A stretch of 64,000 bases of DNA from Octopus vulgaris (GCA_951406725.2 OX597832.1:42718001-42782000); one strand, 5' to 3'. Counted from the first letter of the stretch, positions 1 through 13,091 are shown. Notes: generated from the sequence alone by a model not told the origin. Program-made: numbers and translations.

Positions 1-9
1 GGCTTGTAA

Positions 10-209
10 TTAACTTTGCAGCAGCGTACAGAAAATTCGTGATTGCGAAAATCGAATTGTCGTGTTTGCATGAACATCTAGGTCTTGACGACATCCGACG
101 GCCACGAGTCTGTCTTGGAGTGAACCGCATATTCGGTTAAAGTGTTGATGTAGAGTAGAAAGCCCATCACGACAAGTGTGGAGACCAGAAAATATCAAGA
201 TCTCTTGAC
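10..209 (-). CDS. Possible terminal coding exon of an unidentified gene (weak)
   Basis: Minus strand has a pyrimidine-rich acceptor (tctttttctattAG, AG at 211-210). A stop-free, non-repetitive frame follows: QEILIFSGLHTCRDGLSTLHQHFNRICGSLQDRL...CTLLQS*. No domain recognised and no upstream exon found. Confidence 0.2.
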
Positions 210-228
210 CTAATAGAAAAAGAGATTA

Positions 229-249
229 CTAGAAGAGGATGGCCTTACT

Positions 250-327
<78 letters not shown>

Positions 328-340
328 AATAATAATAATA
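229..340. repeat. (ACT)n then (AAT)n microsatellite
   Basis: Trinucleotide runs read directly from the sequence. Confidence 0.95.
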
Positions 341-390
341 ACATCGAAAAATACCTCAGGAATGAGAACCCAGGTTCGAAATTTCCCCAA

Positions 391-436
391 GACACCCGAA
401 GAAGTCTGGAGGGTATATCAGCCGAAACGATGTGTT
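391..436 (+). ncRNA. Degenerate minimal type I hammerhead motif (family H1) in a short element of about 340-490
   Basis: acac-CCGAAGA-A-gtctg(gagggtatat)cagcc-GAAAC-GAT-gtgt. Stem I is acac/gtgt and stem II is 4/5 paired. U4>C and U16.1>A changes suggest an inactive copy. Confidence 0.7.
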
Positions 437-1165
437 AGCAACAAACAAGATGAGGACAAATATCAGTCGAATGTAAAAAATGTAAATATAAAAGTTTGGG
501 ACACGTTTCTCAAATCCCAGTTAATCCGGACGCATTAAATCTAAATGTCCGTCTCAGTTCGTGTTCTTAGTCTATGGATATCTAACATAAACACAAGACC
601 TATGATTTCTGTAGAGATGTTTAATGTGCAATAAGATGACCTCAGTTTTTCATTGGTTCTTATTTTATCGACTTCTGGAATGTAAAGATTTGTAAACTAG
701 ATTCCAAGAGTCATTTTATCCAACATTCAATCAGATTTTTATCTTGAATCACCCTGCTGTGTATAGCGGAGTAATGAGCGATAAAACCACCTATGTCTGT
801 TGTCCCAGTGGTATATTCAAGAAAAAAATAATTAAATCTGGTCTTATCTCCAGATTATGAGTTATTTCCATATGTTTTCCAAGTAAGTTGCATTCAGAGA
901 GACACAAGAAAAACAAACAAATAAAAAACGGAAAGAAAATAGGATAAAAAAAAAAATTAATTTCGTTGTTGTCCTTAATGTTTCGTAATTCAATAATTTG
1001 ATTAAAATATCAGAAAATTAATTCGTACGCACAGACACAGACACACAGACACACACACACACATATACATGAATATATATATGCACACATACAAAAATAT
1101 ATAACACGAAGACGAGGTAGAAAAACAGTGTATTAGATTCACATGTATGTATATGTTTATGAATA

Positions 1166-1219
<54 letters not shown>

Positions 1220-1226
<7 letters not shown>

Positions 1227-1433
1227 AGACCTATACGTGACACATTCATACACACACACACATATACATGTATACATATTCATATACATAGCATATAGAT
1301 AGATAGATATAGACTTATATATATATATATATATATATATATGTAATATATACATATATATAACTATATATATATATACATATATAAAAGTCTATATCTA
1401 TCTATATGCTATGTATATGAATATGTATACATG

Positions 1434-1464
<31 letters not shown>

Positions 1465-1494
1465 ATGAATGTGTCACGTATAGGTCTATACATA
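1220..1494. repeat. About 100-bp inverted repeat around a TA-rich spacer
   Basis: 1220-1316 is the reverse complement of 1388-1494 apart from microsatellite unit number (tatagacctatacgtgacacattcatac / gtatgaatgtgtcacgtataggtctata). Confidence 0.9.
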
Positions 1495-2063
1495 ACTTAC
1501 ATATACATACATACATACTTACAAACACATACTCATATGTTTGTGTAAGATTAGAAGTTAGTTATTAAAATATATTATTGTCAAGAATGTGGCGCCGTCA
1601 TGTAACCGCAGTGTGATTCATTAGTAATACGACATTGTTTTGTAAATAACCGAGGTTACTTGAGCAGAACAACTCACACTTAGCGTGTCTGCATGCGATA
1701 CAGTACACGCAAAATTTGGACACTACAGTAACCCATCGGAAAAGTCTCTTCTGCTAAACAAGTCCCTCGCTTATTACAGTTACGAATTCCACTTAAATGT
1801 TATGACGTATTTACAGTTAGCAGCATTACATCTGAGAAAGTCAGTTGTACTTTCTAGGGGCATAACAAAATATACAACCATTCATATACGATGCCAGTTT
1901 GAGGGTAAATGAAGGAGTAGTAAGAAGTGACTTTAGAAAATGAATGCCGTCTGGGTTTTCAGTGTGGAATGGAGTCGGTTAGAAGAAAGTGAAACCGTGT
2001 GAATCAATTCTTGAACATAGAACAAACATGAGTAAGTTTCTGGAAATAGGTCTGTGTGAATCT

Positions 2064-2803
2064 TATTTCTTTATTGCCCACAAGGGGCTAAACACAGAGG
2101 AGACAAACAAGGACAGAGAAACAGATTAAGGAGATTACATCGAACCCAGTGCGTAACTGGTACTTAATTCATCGACCCCGAAAGGATGAAAGGCAAAGTC
2201 GACCTCGGCGGAATTTGAACTTAGAACGTAACGGCAGTCGAAATGCCTATTTCTTTACTACCTACAAAGGGCTAAACACAGAAGGGACAAACAAGGACAG
2301 ACAGACGGATTAAGACGATTACATTGACCCCAGTGCGTAACTGGTACTTATGTAATCGACCATGAAAGGATGAATGACAAAGTGGATCTCGCCGGAACTT
2401 GAACTCAGAAAGTAACGGCAGACGAAATACCTATTTCTTAACTGCCCACAAGGGGCTACACACAGAGGGAACAAACAAGGACAGACAGACGGATTAAGTC
2501 GATTATATCGACCCCAGTGCGTAACTGGTACTTATTTAATCGACCCCGAAAGGATGAAAGGCAAAGTCGACTTCGGCGGAATTTGAACTCAGAACGCAAC
2601 GGCAGACGAAATACGGCTACGCATTTCGCCCGGCGGGCTAACGTTTCTGCCAGCTCGCCGCCTTCTATTAATTCATAAATTGACACCGAACGAATTAAAG
2701 GCAAAGTCGACCTCGAGATATTTAGCCCTCAGAACTTAAAATCTAGCAAATGCCACTAAAGACTTTCTCCGGCACGCTAACGTTTGAGCTAGCTCACCGC
2801 CTT
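2064..2803 (-). mobile_element. SINE family A trimer (one head, three bodies) plus an adjacent degenerate copy
   Basis: Head ggcggcgagctggcagaaacgttagc, B-box-like gagttcaaattcc, and Nin/Deu-like central domain gcctttcatcctttcggggtcgat. Body junctions near 2246 and 2430. Confidence 0.9.
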
Positions 2804-3145
2804 TGCAATTATAATGATAGTAATTCGAAATATCGTCTACATTCTAATTTTCGGTATTCGTTTGCATTTTGCTTTTCCATTTCCGAATCGAGCATGACTC
2901 TCTCTGCCTAGCAATTAATTATTTTTGAAGATTCTGTTTGATTAGCCAATCATTAAAGTTTCCTTCTTCTCTAAATGCCGTGCTGCGCCGTCTCCTATCT
3001 CGATTTCAAGCAAACAAACACCGAGTCTAAAGTCTAAACGCTTGTGATTAGTTTGTTGCTAATAAGATTATCATTTTTCGGACAATTAACCACCACATCT
3101 CTATATGTATACGCACACACACACAACACATTCATCCCTCACATA

Positions 3146-3234
<89 letters not shown>

Positions 3235-3689
3235 ATATATATATATGTATATATGTATATATATATAGACTTTAACTTTCTTGTTTCAATCCTTGGAAGT
3301 GAAAGCCGGAAACTCTAACTTTGAAGTAGGAACAACAACAGCGACAGAAACAACAACAACAACAACAACGACAGCAATAGCAATAACTACTCTACCAGTG
3401 ATATATCCATCAATCATTCCAGCATCACAAACACATCACCATCCTCATAAGGATATTCACCAACATCGCCATCCTCCGCTTTCTTCTTCTCACCACCACC
3501 ACCACCACCACCACAACTACCACACCCACCATCATCACCACTACCATCAGCACCCTCCCGCAATATCACCATCACCAACCATCACCACCACCACCACCAC
3601 CACGACTCATCTCCAATACTAATCACTACTCACCACCATCACCACCACCATCAACTTTATTTATCACATCATCATTACCATCGGCTGCA

Positions 3690-3739
<50 letters not shown>

Positions 3740-3951
3740 TATGACAAGAACACTTGCTGTGTGATTAATGATGATAGAGACGATGAAAATGGAATTATTA
3801 TCAACGCATATACACACCGGCGCTCGGACGCACGTATACACACTTCGAACAGACTTTCACAAACTTCAATAAACGTTCACTTTCATAAATACATACATAC
3901 ACAGCCATGCATTTATTTATACTTCTCTTCCAGCTGTTGCTATCTACATAT

Positions 3952-4058
<107 letters not shown>

Positions 4059-4088
4059 CATATATATATATATATATACATACATATA

Positions 4089-4155
<67 letters not shown>

Positions 4156-4160
4156 CATAT

Positions 4161-4270
4161 GGCCTGCTCGCTTAGCCAGCGGCGTGGCGTCATTCGAAGG
4201 CTAAAACAATACGAACGCATTGTGACCAGCGATGTGTAACAACATCTGATGGTCTGGTCGGTCACGTGAT
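4161..4270. repeat. Short GC-richer insert within (TA)n, probably an interspersed repeat fragment
   Basis: About 110-bp island flanked by TA microsatellite, ending ggtcacgtgata. Loose reverse similarity to 57220-57315. Confidence 0.35.
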
Positions 4271-4392
4271 ATACATATACATATATATATACATATATAT
4301 ATACATATATATATATACATATATATATGTATATATATAATATAGATAGATAATTATTGATATATATCCATATTTATATAAACATATATAAC

Positions 4393-4528
4393 CGGTTCTT
4401 AATTTATCGACCTCGAAGGATGAAAGGCAAAGTCGACCTCGGCGGAATTTGAACTCAGAACGTAACGGCAGGCGAAATACCACTAAGCATTTCGCCCGGC
4501 GTGCTAACGTTTCTGCCAGCTCGCCGCC
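4393..4528 (-). mobile_element. SINE family A, 5' half
   Basis: Matches head and central domain of the other family A copies. Confidence 0.85.
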
Positions 4529-5022
4529 TTATTACACCATAAATATAATATCAGAAGACATGACATAGATTCTTAAACGCCATCCGCCATCATCTACCCT
4601 TCACATAACTAGACAGTGTTTTTCATATCAATCAAAGAATCGAGTAAAATAAATTATATAACAACCCTACCATCCACCCTGGGTGGTCTCACAATTCCCT
4701 TAATGGTTCCATGTAAAAATTCTTGGTATTTTATTACCGTTTTAGCATCCTACACATCCCTTATTTCAGTTTCCCTTTTTCCCCTTATACACTATATTTT
4801 CTCTATTATTTTCTTACTTTCTCTTTCCCTCGCTCATTATAACACCTTTTCCCTTTCTTTCTTTTATTATTTTTCTGCGTTTTCTTCCTTTTAACAGCTG
4901 ACACCCCAACTAAAAATAAGCAATCTACAATATTTGTATATTTTTGTGTGTATAAGCGGATATACGTGTATTGATACAAATGCATGTACGTATACAAATA
5001 CATATGCATACATATTTATATA

Positions 5023-5071
<49 letters not shown>

Positions 5072-5330
5072 GTATACAAACATACACACACTCACATACT
5101 CATGAATATTCATGTATGTATGTATGTATGTAAGCGCCTATTAATAATATTATTTTTAGGACGATACATTTTATATTATTTTATACGTGTGCAAATGTTT
5201 TTGCACATACATATTCTTCCATACATACATACATACATACATACATACATAGACACATACACACACATATATAATATATATCATATTCTGATTATGTCGT
5301 TACAATTTTTTGTATAATTCTGTTGCGTGT

Positions 5331-5374
<44 letters not shown>

Positions 5375-5382
5375 TTTATATT

Positions 5383-5436
<54 letters not shown>

Positions 5437-5764
5437 TACATATATACATATATATGTGTATATGTATATATACACATCTACTTTTTTCTTCGTTCACTTT
5501 GTTTATAAATGATAATAACGTTTTTATCAGTTTTTCTCAGCTCTGTTTCTGACATCATCAGTCGCTTACGACATTGGCCGTCAAGGCAATCTGATACAAG
5601 AGAGAAAAGCTACGATATTCATTCAACCCAAATTCCTTCATTCACAGAGCAACTGATCTGCAGAAAGAAACTGCATTTCAGCGAAACATCAGCCGTATCA
5701 TTGACACCCACCTATTAATCAGGGAACAATCAGGAAAAAATATATGGGCTGCAACTATTTTCTT

Positions 5765-6390
5765 ATAATAAGCTTGTATGTGTGGGATTTGGGGCAAGTG
5801 TCTTCTACAATAGCTCTGGGCCGAGCGAATTTGGTTGACGGAAGCAGAAAGAAGACCTTTGTAAATATTATATGTGTATGTGTATGTGTATGCGGAGGCG
5901 CATTGCTCAGTGGTTAGAGAGTCGGGCTCACAATCACGAGGTAGTGAGTTCGGTTCCTGCACTGGGCTGTTCACTGTGTTCTTGAGCAAGACACTTTATT
6001 TCACAATGCTCCAGTTCACTCGGCTGGAGTAGTGAGATGCTACATCACTGGTGCCCAGCTGTATCGACCTTTGCCTTTCCCTTGGATAACATCGGTGGCA
6101 TGGAGGTGGGTAGCTGGTATGCACGGGCGACTGTTGGTTTTCCATAAACAATCTTACCCGAACTGGTTCTTCGGAGGGTAACCTAGGCGCAATCTCATGG
6201 TTATTCATGACCGAAGGGGGTTTCACTTCTTATATATGTATGTATATATTTGTGTGCGCATGTTTGTGTGTGTGTGTGTGATTCTTTGTCTTTCTGTATG
6301 TGTTGTTTACTGCCACTGCTTAACAACCAGTATTGTTCTGTTTATGCTTCCCCATTACCAAGTTGGTTCGTCAAAAGGTGACCGATAGAA
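5765..6390 (+). mobile_element. Old SINE family B copy, split by a family C insertion in its internal microsatellite
   Basis: gggcaagtgtcttctac...gacggaagcagaaagaag at about 5790-5856 and a degenerate 3' part (ggttcgtcaaaaggtgaccgatagaat) at about 6300-6390. Confidence 0.65.
5893..6225 (+). mobile_element. tRNA-derived CORE-type SINE, family C
   Basis: A-box tgctcagtggttaga, B-box gagttcggttcc, CORE-like tgtgttcttgagcaagacactt. Homologous to 54170-54519. Confidence 0.85.
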
Positions 6391-7198
6391 TTCGTGGGCC
6401 GGCTAAAATGTTCATTGGCTGACCAAAATACTCACATGGAATTTGCAGACTTACTCCTCGCCAGAACTCGACGCTTCGTGCCTCGTCGATAACACACGGA
6501 CACACACACTCGTGGTCTTTTTTTCCTGGCCGACTACTACTCAGACTTACTCCCCGCCGATTTATGTTTCAGCATACTCCCCCTTGCGGTGCACGCACTT
6601 CTTTCCTTAGTCTTGCAGCGCTTAGATCCGATTGGCCAAGAAGCTTTTATCGCGTTGATCAAAAAGTTTTTCCAACAACAAATATGATATCATCATTACT
6701 ACGATGGTCCTTCCTAGCCAAGTCTTTTTTCATGATGGGAGAAAAGATGATAGTCAGATGGCACCAAAGAAAGAGAATAGGGAGGATGATCAGCCAGTTC
6801 AAAGCATAGTCTTGCACGGCAGCCGTTGAACTGAAGGACTTGGATGAATATTTTGAAACAAAACCTCCTTCGTCAGTTTTCTTGGGTCTTTGGTTTTGAT
6901 AGACTTTCGTAACTGCCTCAGCAGGTGGCATTGTACATACGTTAGCACACCGGGCGAAATGCTTTGCGGTATTTCGTCTGCCTTTATGTTCTGAGTTCAA
7001 ATTCCGCCGAGGTCCACTTTGCCTTTCATCCTTTCGGGGTCGATAAATTAAGTACTAGTTACGTACTGGGGTCGATGTAATCGACTTAATCCCTTTGTCT
7101 GTCCTTGTTTGTCCACTCTATGTTTAGCCCCTTGTGGGTAGTAAAGAAATAGGTTGGCATTGTACTCCCCATTGATGGTGTTCCCCTTTACGAGATAC
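6391..7198 (-). pseudogene. Decayed mariner (DD34D-type) transposase 3' part with terminal repeat, interrupted by SINE A
   Basis: Minus-strand translation across frameshifts: YLVKGNTINGEYNA / QLRKSIKTKDPRKLTKEVLFQ / FELADHPPYSLSLVPSDYHLF (mariner HPPYSPDLAPSDYHLF motif). TIR-like end at about 6391-6425. Confidence 0.85.
6940..7152 (+). mobile_element. SINE family A, slightly 5'-truncated, with TSD
   Basis: TSD tggcattgtac at 6926-6936 and 7155-7165. The mariner reading frame resumes on both sides. Confidence 0.9.
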
Positions 7199-7239
7199 AA
7201 CTCAATTGATGTATTTTTATCTTTTTTTTTGTGTGGGTA

Positions 7240-7421
7240 TCTTTTCTTGTTTCATTCATTGGACTTGTAGCCGTGCTGGGGCAGTGTCTTCAAGGCTTCA
7301 GTAGAACAAATCAATCTCATTACCAATGTGTTTAGCCTAGTACTTATTTTGTCGGTATCTTTTGCCGAACCGCCAAGTTACAGGGATGTAAACAAACCAA
7401 GATCACTTGATACACGGTTTT

Positions 7422-7457
<36 letters not shown>

Positions 7458-7606
7458 ACAACACAAACACAAACACACGCACATACATACATACATACAT
7501 AATACATACATACATACATACATGCATACATACATGCATACATACATATATACATAAACACTGACACACATATACAGAAACAGACAAACGCACACACACA
7601 CACATA

Positions 7607-7704
<98 letters not shown>

Positions 7705-7845
7705 CGACGGGCTTCTTCCAGTTTCCGTCTCTCATAACCACTCACAAAGCTTTGCTCGGCAAGCGGCTATAGCAGGAGACACTTGAACCCAAAACCACAT
7801 GGTTACGAAGCAAGTTTCTTAACCACACACCCACGCCTTGCACCT
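7240..7845 (-). mobile_element. SINE family B with expanded internal microsatellites
   Basis: Same modules as 37618-38032 with internal (GA)n, (CATA)n, (CA)n and (TA)n. Confidence 0.8.
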
Positions 7846-8339
7846 ATGGAAGATGACAGCCGTAACTGCAGATCCAATGACTTCGTGAATTATAGAAAAG
7901 CTATACCTTAATATATATTATAGTGCGCAGCGGTTATATAGATAGTCAGCTGATGAATTAGTCGGAAGTATGTGGCAACAGAGCGATACCAAATAACTGT
8001 AATGCCATGCAGCATGGGAACTGAAAAACTCAGGAACTACAACGGCCATAATGTTAAATCTTAAGAATTGTGAGAGAAGGAATATGTCGACCAAATTATT
8101 TCTAATTGTTTCAACTGGAACGAAACACGTCTGAGAGCATCTTTCAGCTTGCGTTTCTTAACGTTAACGCTGCCTCTTTACCTTGAAATTATTTGTAGTT
8201 AACAAACTGTCAACACGCCAGTTGCAGGAAGCAATACATGTGAAATAATTGAATGGGCAAAAGATTCAAGAATGGGAGCGAATTGAAAGCAACTGCAAAT
8301 ATGAATTGCAAAAGAAAAAAAAAAGAAAAGAAAAATTCA

Positions 8340-8774
8340 CCTGCTGCATCACATACCCAAACGACCTTAACATTAGCTTCAAGACTGGGACTACGGGCCA
8401 TACGACCCCTGCCCAGTTCAAGATCACAACATACATGCACACTGCAACATAATTTCTTTTCCTCAACAGGCCCTGCCCTATTTAACAATGTCCCGAAGGA
8501 GATCAAAGAGGAAAATGATCCCATCAACTTTAAACGGAGTCTGGATAGATTCCTTCAAAGAATACCAGATAAGCCACCCATAATTGGATACAACTCACCC
8601 AACAAGAACTCACTACTTGAACAAAACTTGATACAACTCACCCAACAAGAACTCACTACTTGAACAAAACTTGCCTTAATCAGGATTCGCATAATCCAAT
8701 CAGGTGGTGCTATTAAGTTAGACATGGCCTGGACCAATCTTTGGTCGAAACATATCTAAGTTTATCTAAGTTTA
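8340..8774 (+). mobile_element. CR1-group LINE 3' end (ORF2 C-terminus, 3' UTR, tandem tail)
   Basis: NFFSSTGPALFNNVPKEIKEENDPINFKRSLDRFLQRIPDKPPIIGY...NSL resembles CR1-group ORF2 C-termini. Tail is (tctaagttta)2. Internal 43-bp tandem duplication at 8588-8673. Confidence 0.75.
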
Positions 8775-8820
8775 CCCAAAATTTAACGAGAAATATATTG
8801 GAGAAACAGGAACAAAACTT

Positions 8821-9150
8821 TCTTTCTTTGACTCCGCCGGTTACGACGATGAGGGTCCCAGCTGATACGATCAACGGAACAGCTTGCTCGTGAAATTAAC
8901 GTGCAAATGGCTGAGCATTCCACAGACACGTGTACCCTTAACGTAGTTCTCGGGGATAATCAGCGTGACACAGAGAGTGACAAGGCTGACCCTTTGAAAT
9001 ACAAGTACAACTCATTTTTGCCAGCTGAGTGGACTGGAGCAACGTGAAATAAAGTGTCTTGCTCAAGGACACAACGCGTCGCCGGGAATCGAACTCACAA
9101 CCTTACGATCATGAGCCGAATGCCCTAACCACTAAGCCACGCGCCCTCAC
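8821..9150 (-). mobile_element. tRNA-derived CORE-type SINE, family D, full length with TSD
   Basis: A-box tggcttagtggttag, B-box gagttcgattccc, CORE ttgtgtccttgagcaagacactt. TSD ggaacaaaactt at 8809-8820 and 9154-9165. Confidence 0.9.
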
Positions 9151-9729
9151 TATGGAACAAAACTTAACAAATGTGTTAATATGCAAAAGAATCAAATTCC
9201 GGTTTCATTTCTTATAAATGGACAAAAAAATTCAAATTGTTCTCTTTTTACAGAATAAGAGACGAAATTGATCAACAACGAACGGCAAAAAAAAAAAAAA
9301 AAGAGTAATTTATATGTTTTTTAAATCCGAAGCTAAACCGGAAATAGCTAACACCATTACAAAAACAACTTCGTCTAAATGGATTATCAAAGAACATGTG
9401 TTTCAAAAGTTGAACAACGAAAGCGCTTACACACAACATACACACTAGGCGTTAAAGTTTCCCCAAAGGTTTCTCACACGTCTGTTTTCCTTTTTCAATA
9501 GTTTTTAAATACTTATATAGAAAAAAAAATCTTTCTTTCAATAAGGTAACTGTATCCAGTATCTTTTGCAAAATCTTTTAAACATACACACATATACATA
9601 TATACGCACGTACATACATACATACATACATACATACATACATACATACATACATACATACATACATACATACATAGACACACACACACACACACATACA
9701 TACATACATACATACATACATACATACAT

Positions 9730-9814
<85 letters not shown>

Positions 9815-9886
9815 TATATCCTTAAATCCTTAAAAATGTTCCAGCCCGAAGGCTGCGGCCATGCTGGGGCACCATATATATATATA

Positions 9887-9948
<62 letters not shown>

Positions 9949-10005
9949 TATATAAAGAGGTTTTTGTGGAGGGATGCATATATAGAGATATATACGTCGA
10001 TACAT

Positions 10006-10378
10006 GTGGTGGCGCAATGGCCCAGTGGTTAGGGCAGCGAACTCGCCGTCATAGGATTGCGGTTTCGATTTTTTGTTGTGAGTGTATATTGAGCGAAAAC
10101 ACCTAAAAAGCTCCACGACGCTCCGGCAGGGGATGGTGGTGAACCCTGCTGTACTCTTTCACCACAACCTTCTCTCACTCTTACTTCCTGCTTCTGTTGT
10201 GCCTGTAATTCAAAGGGCCAGCCTTGTCACACCCTGTGTCACGCTGAATATCCCCGAGAACTACGTTAAGGGTACACGTGTCTGTGGAGTGCTCAGCCAC
10301 TTACGCCTTAACCTCATGAGCAGGCTGTGATCTTATGAACTGGAACCCTCGTCGTCGTAACCGACGGAGTGCCAACAA
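10006..10378 (+). mobile_element. tRNA-derived SINE family E with TSD
   Basis: A-box tggcccagtggttag, 3' half shared with family D. TSD acgtcgatacat at 9994-10005 and 10379-10390. Confidence 0.9.
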
Positions 10379-10711
10379 ACGTCGATACATATATAACCTA
10401 CGCATAACACACATCTCCAAACACACACACACGCACACTTAACTATACATATATACATCCAGCCAGATAAGCTTATATAAACGAGTCGGTATAAACCTAT
10501 ATCTAGAGAAATGTTATCTTTCCCACTGGTATTGTGTATATATATTAGATCAAATCTAGACACTTCTAGCAACAGATAACCTTTCACATTCCTTCATAAA
10601 TCTATTTGGCCGAATTCTTCCTCAGTCGCCTTTGGCTGTTAGTGCTTCTTTGTTGTTTTTATCTGTTGTTGTTGTTGGTGCTGGTGTTGGTGGTGGTGTT
10701 TTTATTATTAT

Positions 10712-10874
10712 GGGTGATGAACTGGCAGTATTTTTAGAGCGCCTGACAATATGCTCAGCGGTATTTCGTCTGCCGCTACGTTCTGAGTTCAAATTCCGCC
10801 GAGGTCGACTTTGCCTTTCATCCTTTCGTATAATTTTACCCCACTGTCCCTTTGATGGCATGCACTGCTCTTTC

Positions 10875-10878
<4 letters not shown>
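10712..10878 (+). mobile_element. SINE A 5' fragment fused to the extreme 3' end of the R4/Dong-type element
   Basis: SINE A runs to about 10827, then ttttaccccactgtccctttgatggcatgcactgctctttcact matching about 38748-38791. Confidence 0.75.
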
Positions 10879-11090
<212 letters not shown>

Positions 11091-11094
11091 ATCA

Positions 11095-11278
11095 GTGGGT
11101 GGCAGGATCGTTACCGCGCCAGGCAATATGCTTAGCGGTATTTCATCCGTCTTTACGTTCTGAGTTCAAATTCTGCCTGTCCGGGTCGATTAAATAAGTA
11201 CCAGTTACGTACTGAGGGCCGATGTAATTTACTTAATCTCCTTCCCCAAGCTGCCCTTGTGACAAAAATTTTGAAATC
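11095..11278 (+). mobile_element. Degenerate SINE A (alternative 3' tail)
   Basis: Head and B-box present; tail ccttgtgacaaaaattttgaaa. Confidence 0.7.
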
Positions 11279-11633
11279 ATCATTATTATTATTGTTATTA
11301 TTGTTGTTGTTGTTGATATCGTTGTTGCTGCTGTTGTTGTTATTGTCAATTTCTTGACCCTAGAAAGAATCGTAACCGATGATGAATAAGGGCAAAGAAA
11401 AGGTATACTGAAACATCATTTTTTTTCCTGTTCCCCGACACACGAGAACTTCACCCCCACCCCAATCAAAATATGCGGTATCTGCTTTCACAGTGTAGCA
11501 AAAACGTGTGTTTTTAACGACTGTGTGTTTACTTAACATCTTCGCTGAACCGAACTACCTGTATTAAATTCTTCTACTATATATATATATATATATATAT
11601 ATATGGACACATATATATGTATGTGTATATATG

Positions 11634-11743
<110 letters not shown>

Positions 11744-12092
11744 GGTTTCTGTGTGTGTGTGTGTTATGATTTAATAAAATCTGTAAACAGTCAACGTTGC
11801 AATATTTTAAAGTTTCAGGTTTTGAAATACGAAGATGTAATGAAAGAACCTCGAGAAAAGGTGTGCAAATACAGGATAGGAAGGGATAAAGAAACATAAA
11901 GCATTATGTAAACAAACAGACAGAACACACAAGTGGCCCCTCGACTAAAAACAAAAACAAAAACGTAAAAAAAGAGAAAAGAACCAGAAAGTGCAATAAG
12001 GGTTAAGTGGAGCAAAAGGGAGAAGACGAATAAATACATTGGTAACAAAAAAGGGACCTAGTTTGAAATAGCAATATTGAAATGGACAGTTA

Positions 12093-12857
12093 AGGTGGTG
12101 AGCTGACTAAATCGTTCGCACGCCGGACAAAATGCTTAGCGGAATTTCGTCCGTCTTTACCACCTTAGTTCAAATACCGTCGACGTCGGCTTAGCCTTTT
12201 ATTCTTTCGGGGTCGATGAAATTGTGTATGATTTGAGCTTTGGGGTCGATAGAAATAAATACGATTTGTGCTCTGGGGGCGATATAATTAATTTACACCC
12301 TTCCCTGAAATTGCTGGCCTTGTGCCAAAGTTTGAAATCATTAATGTTTTTAAGGCGGTGAGCTGGCAGAAACGTTAGCACGCCGGGCGAACTGCTTAGC
12401 GGTATTTCGTCTGCCGTTACGTTCTGAGTTCAAATTCCGCCGAGGTCGACTTTGCCTTTCATCCTTTCGGAGTCGATAAATTAAGTACCAGTTATGCACT
12501 GGGGTCGATGTAATCGACTTAATCCGTTTGCCTGTCCTTTTTTGTCCCCTATATGCTTAGCCACTTGTGGGCAATAAAGAAATAAGAATCGTTAGCACGC
12601 TGGATTATTGTTGTTGCTGCTGTTGTTGTTGTTACTATTAAGGCGACGAACTGGCTAAATCATTAGCACGCCGGACAAGATGCTTAGAGGCCTTTCGTTT
12701 GTCTTTGCGTTCTGATTTCAAATTCCACCAAGGTCGACTTTGCCTTTCATCCTTTCGCAGTCGATAAAAATAAATACCAGTTGAACACTGGGGTTGATGT
12801 AATCGACTCAGTCCCTCTCCTAGTATTGCTGGTCTTTTGCCAAAATTTGAAACCAAT
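12093..12857 (+). mobile_element. Cluster of three SINE A copies plus a head remnant
   Basis: Copies at about 12093-12340, 12354-12585 and 12642-12857. The middle copy's tail runs into another head (agaatcgttagcacgc). Confidence 0.85.
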
Positions 12858-13053
12858 GCTGGAACAGGCAGAGAAGGACGATTGTTTAAAATTTCCAAAC
12901 GGATTGAAGTGAATTCGAAGACTATGGCAATTACGTAAAAGAGGTCCTTAAATAGAGTGTAGGTGGTTCAAATGTACAGAATACAAAAGAGAGACACATG
13001 TGAGGGAACAACAAGCTGGTATATTAGCTTGACGATCGGGAAAAATGGAAATG

Positions 13054-13091
13054 TCTTTGACGTTTCGAACATACGCTCTTCGACAGAAAAG
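13054..13091 (-). ncRNA. Minimal hammerhead-like motif, family H2 (CUGUCGA core), in an element of about 12950-13140
   Basis: Minus strand: tttt-CTGTCGA-A-gagc(gtat)gttc-GAAAC-GTC-aaag. Flanks are homologous to 40207-40380. Confidence 0.7.

Noticed and set aside
2064-2662. Regularly spaced repeats resembling a CRISPR array
   Set aside because: Units are entire 184-bp SINE bodies with no unique spacers, there are no cas genes, and the context is eukaryotic.
5535-5570. Minus-strand CTGATGA-tgtca-GAAA, hammerhead-like
   Set aside because: No formable stem II, no NUH triplet and no stem I pairing.
6855-6880. Minus-strand CTGACGA
   Set aside because: It lies in mariner coding sequence (KLTK) with no GAAA or stems.
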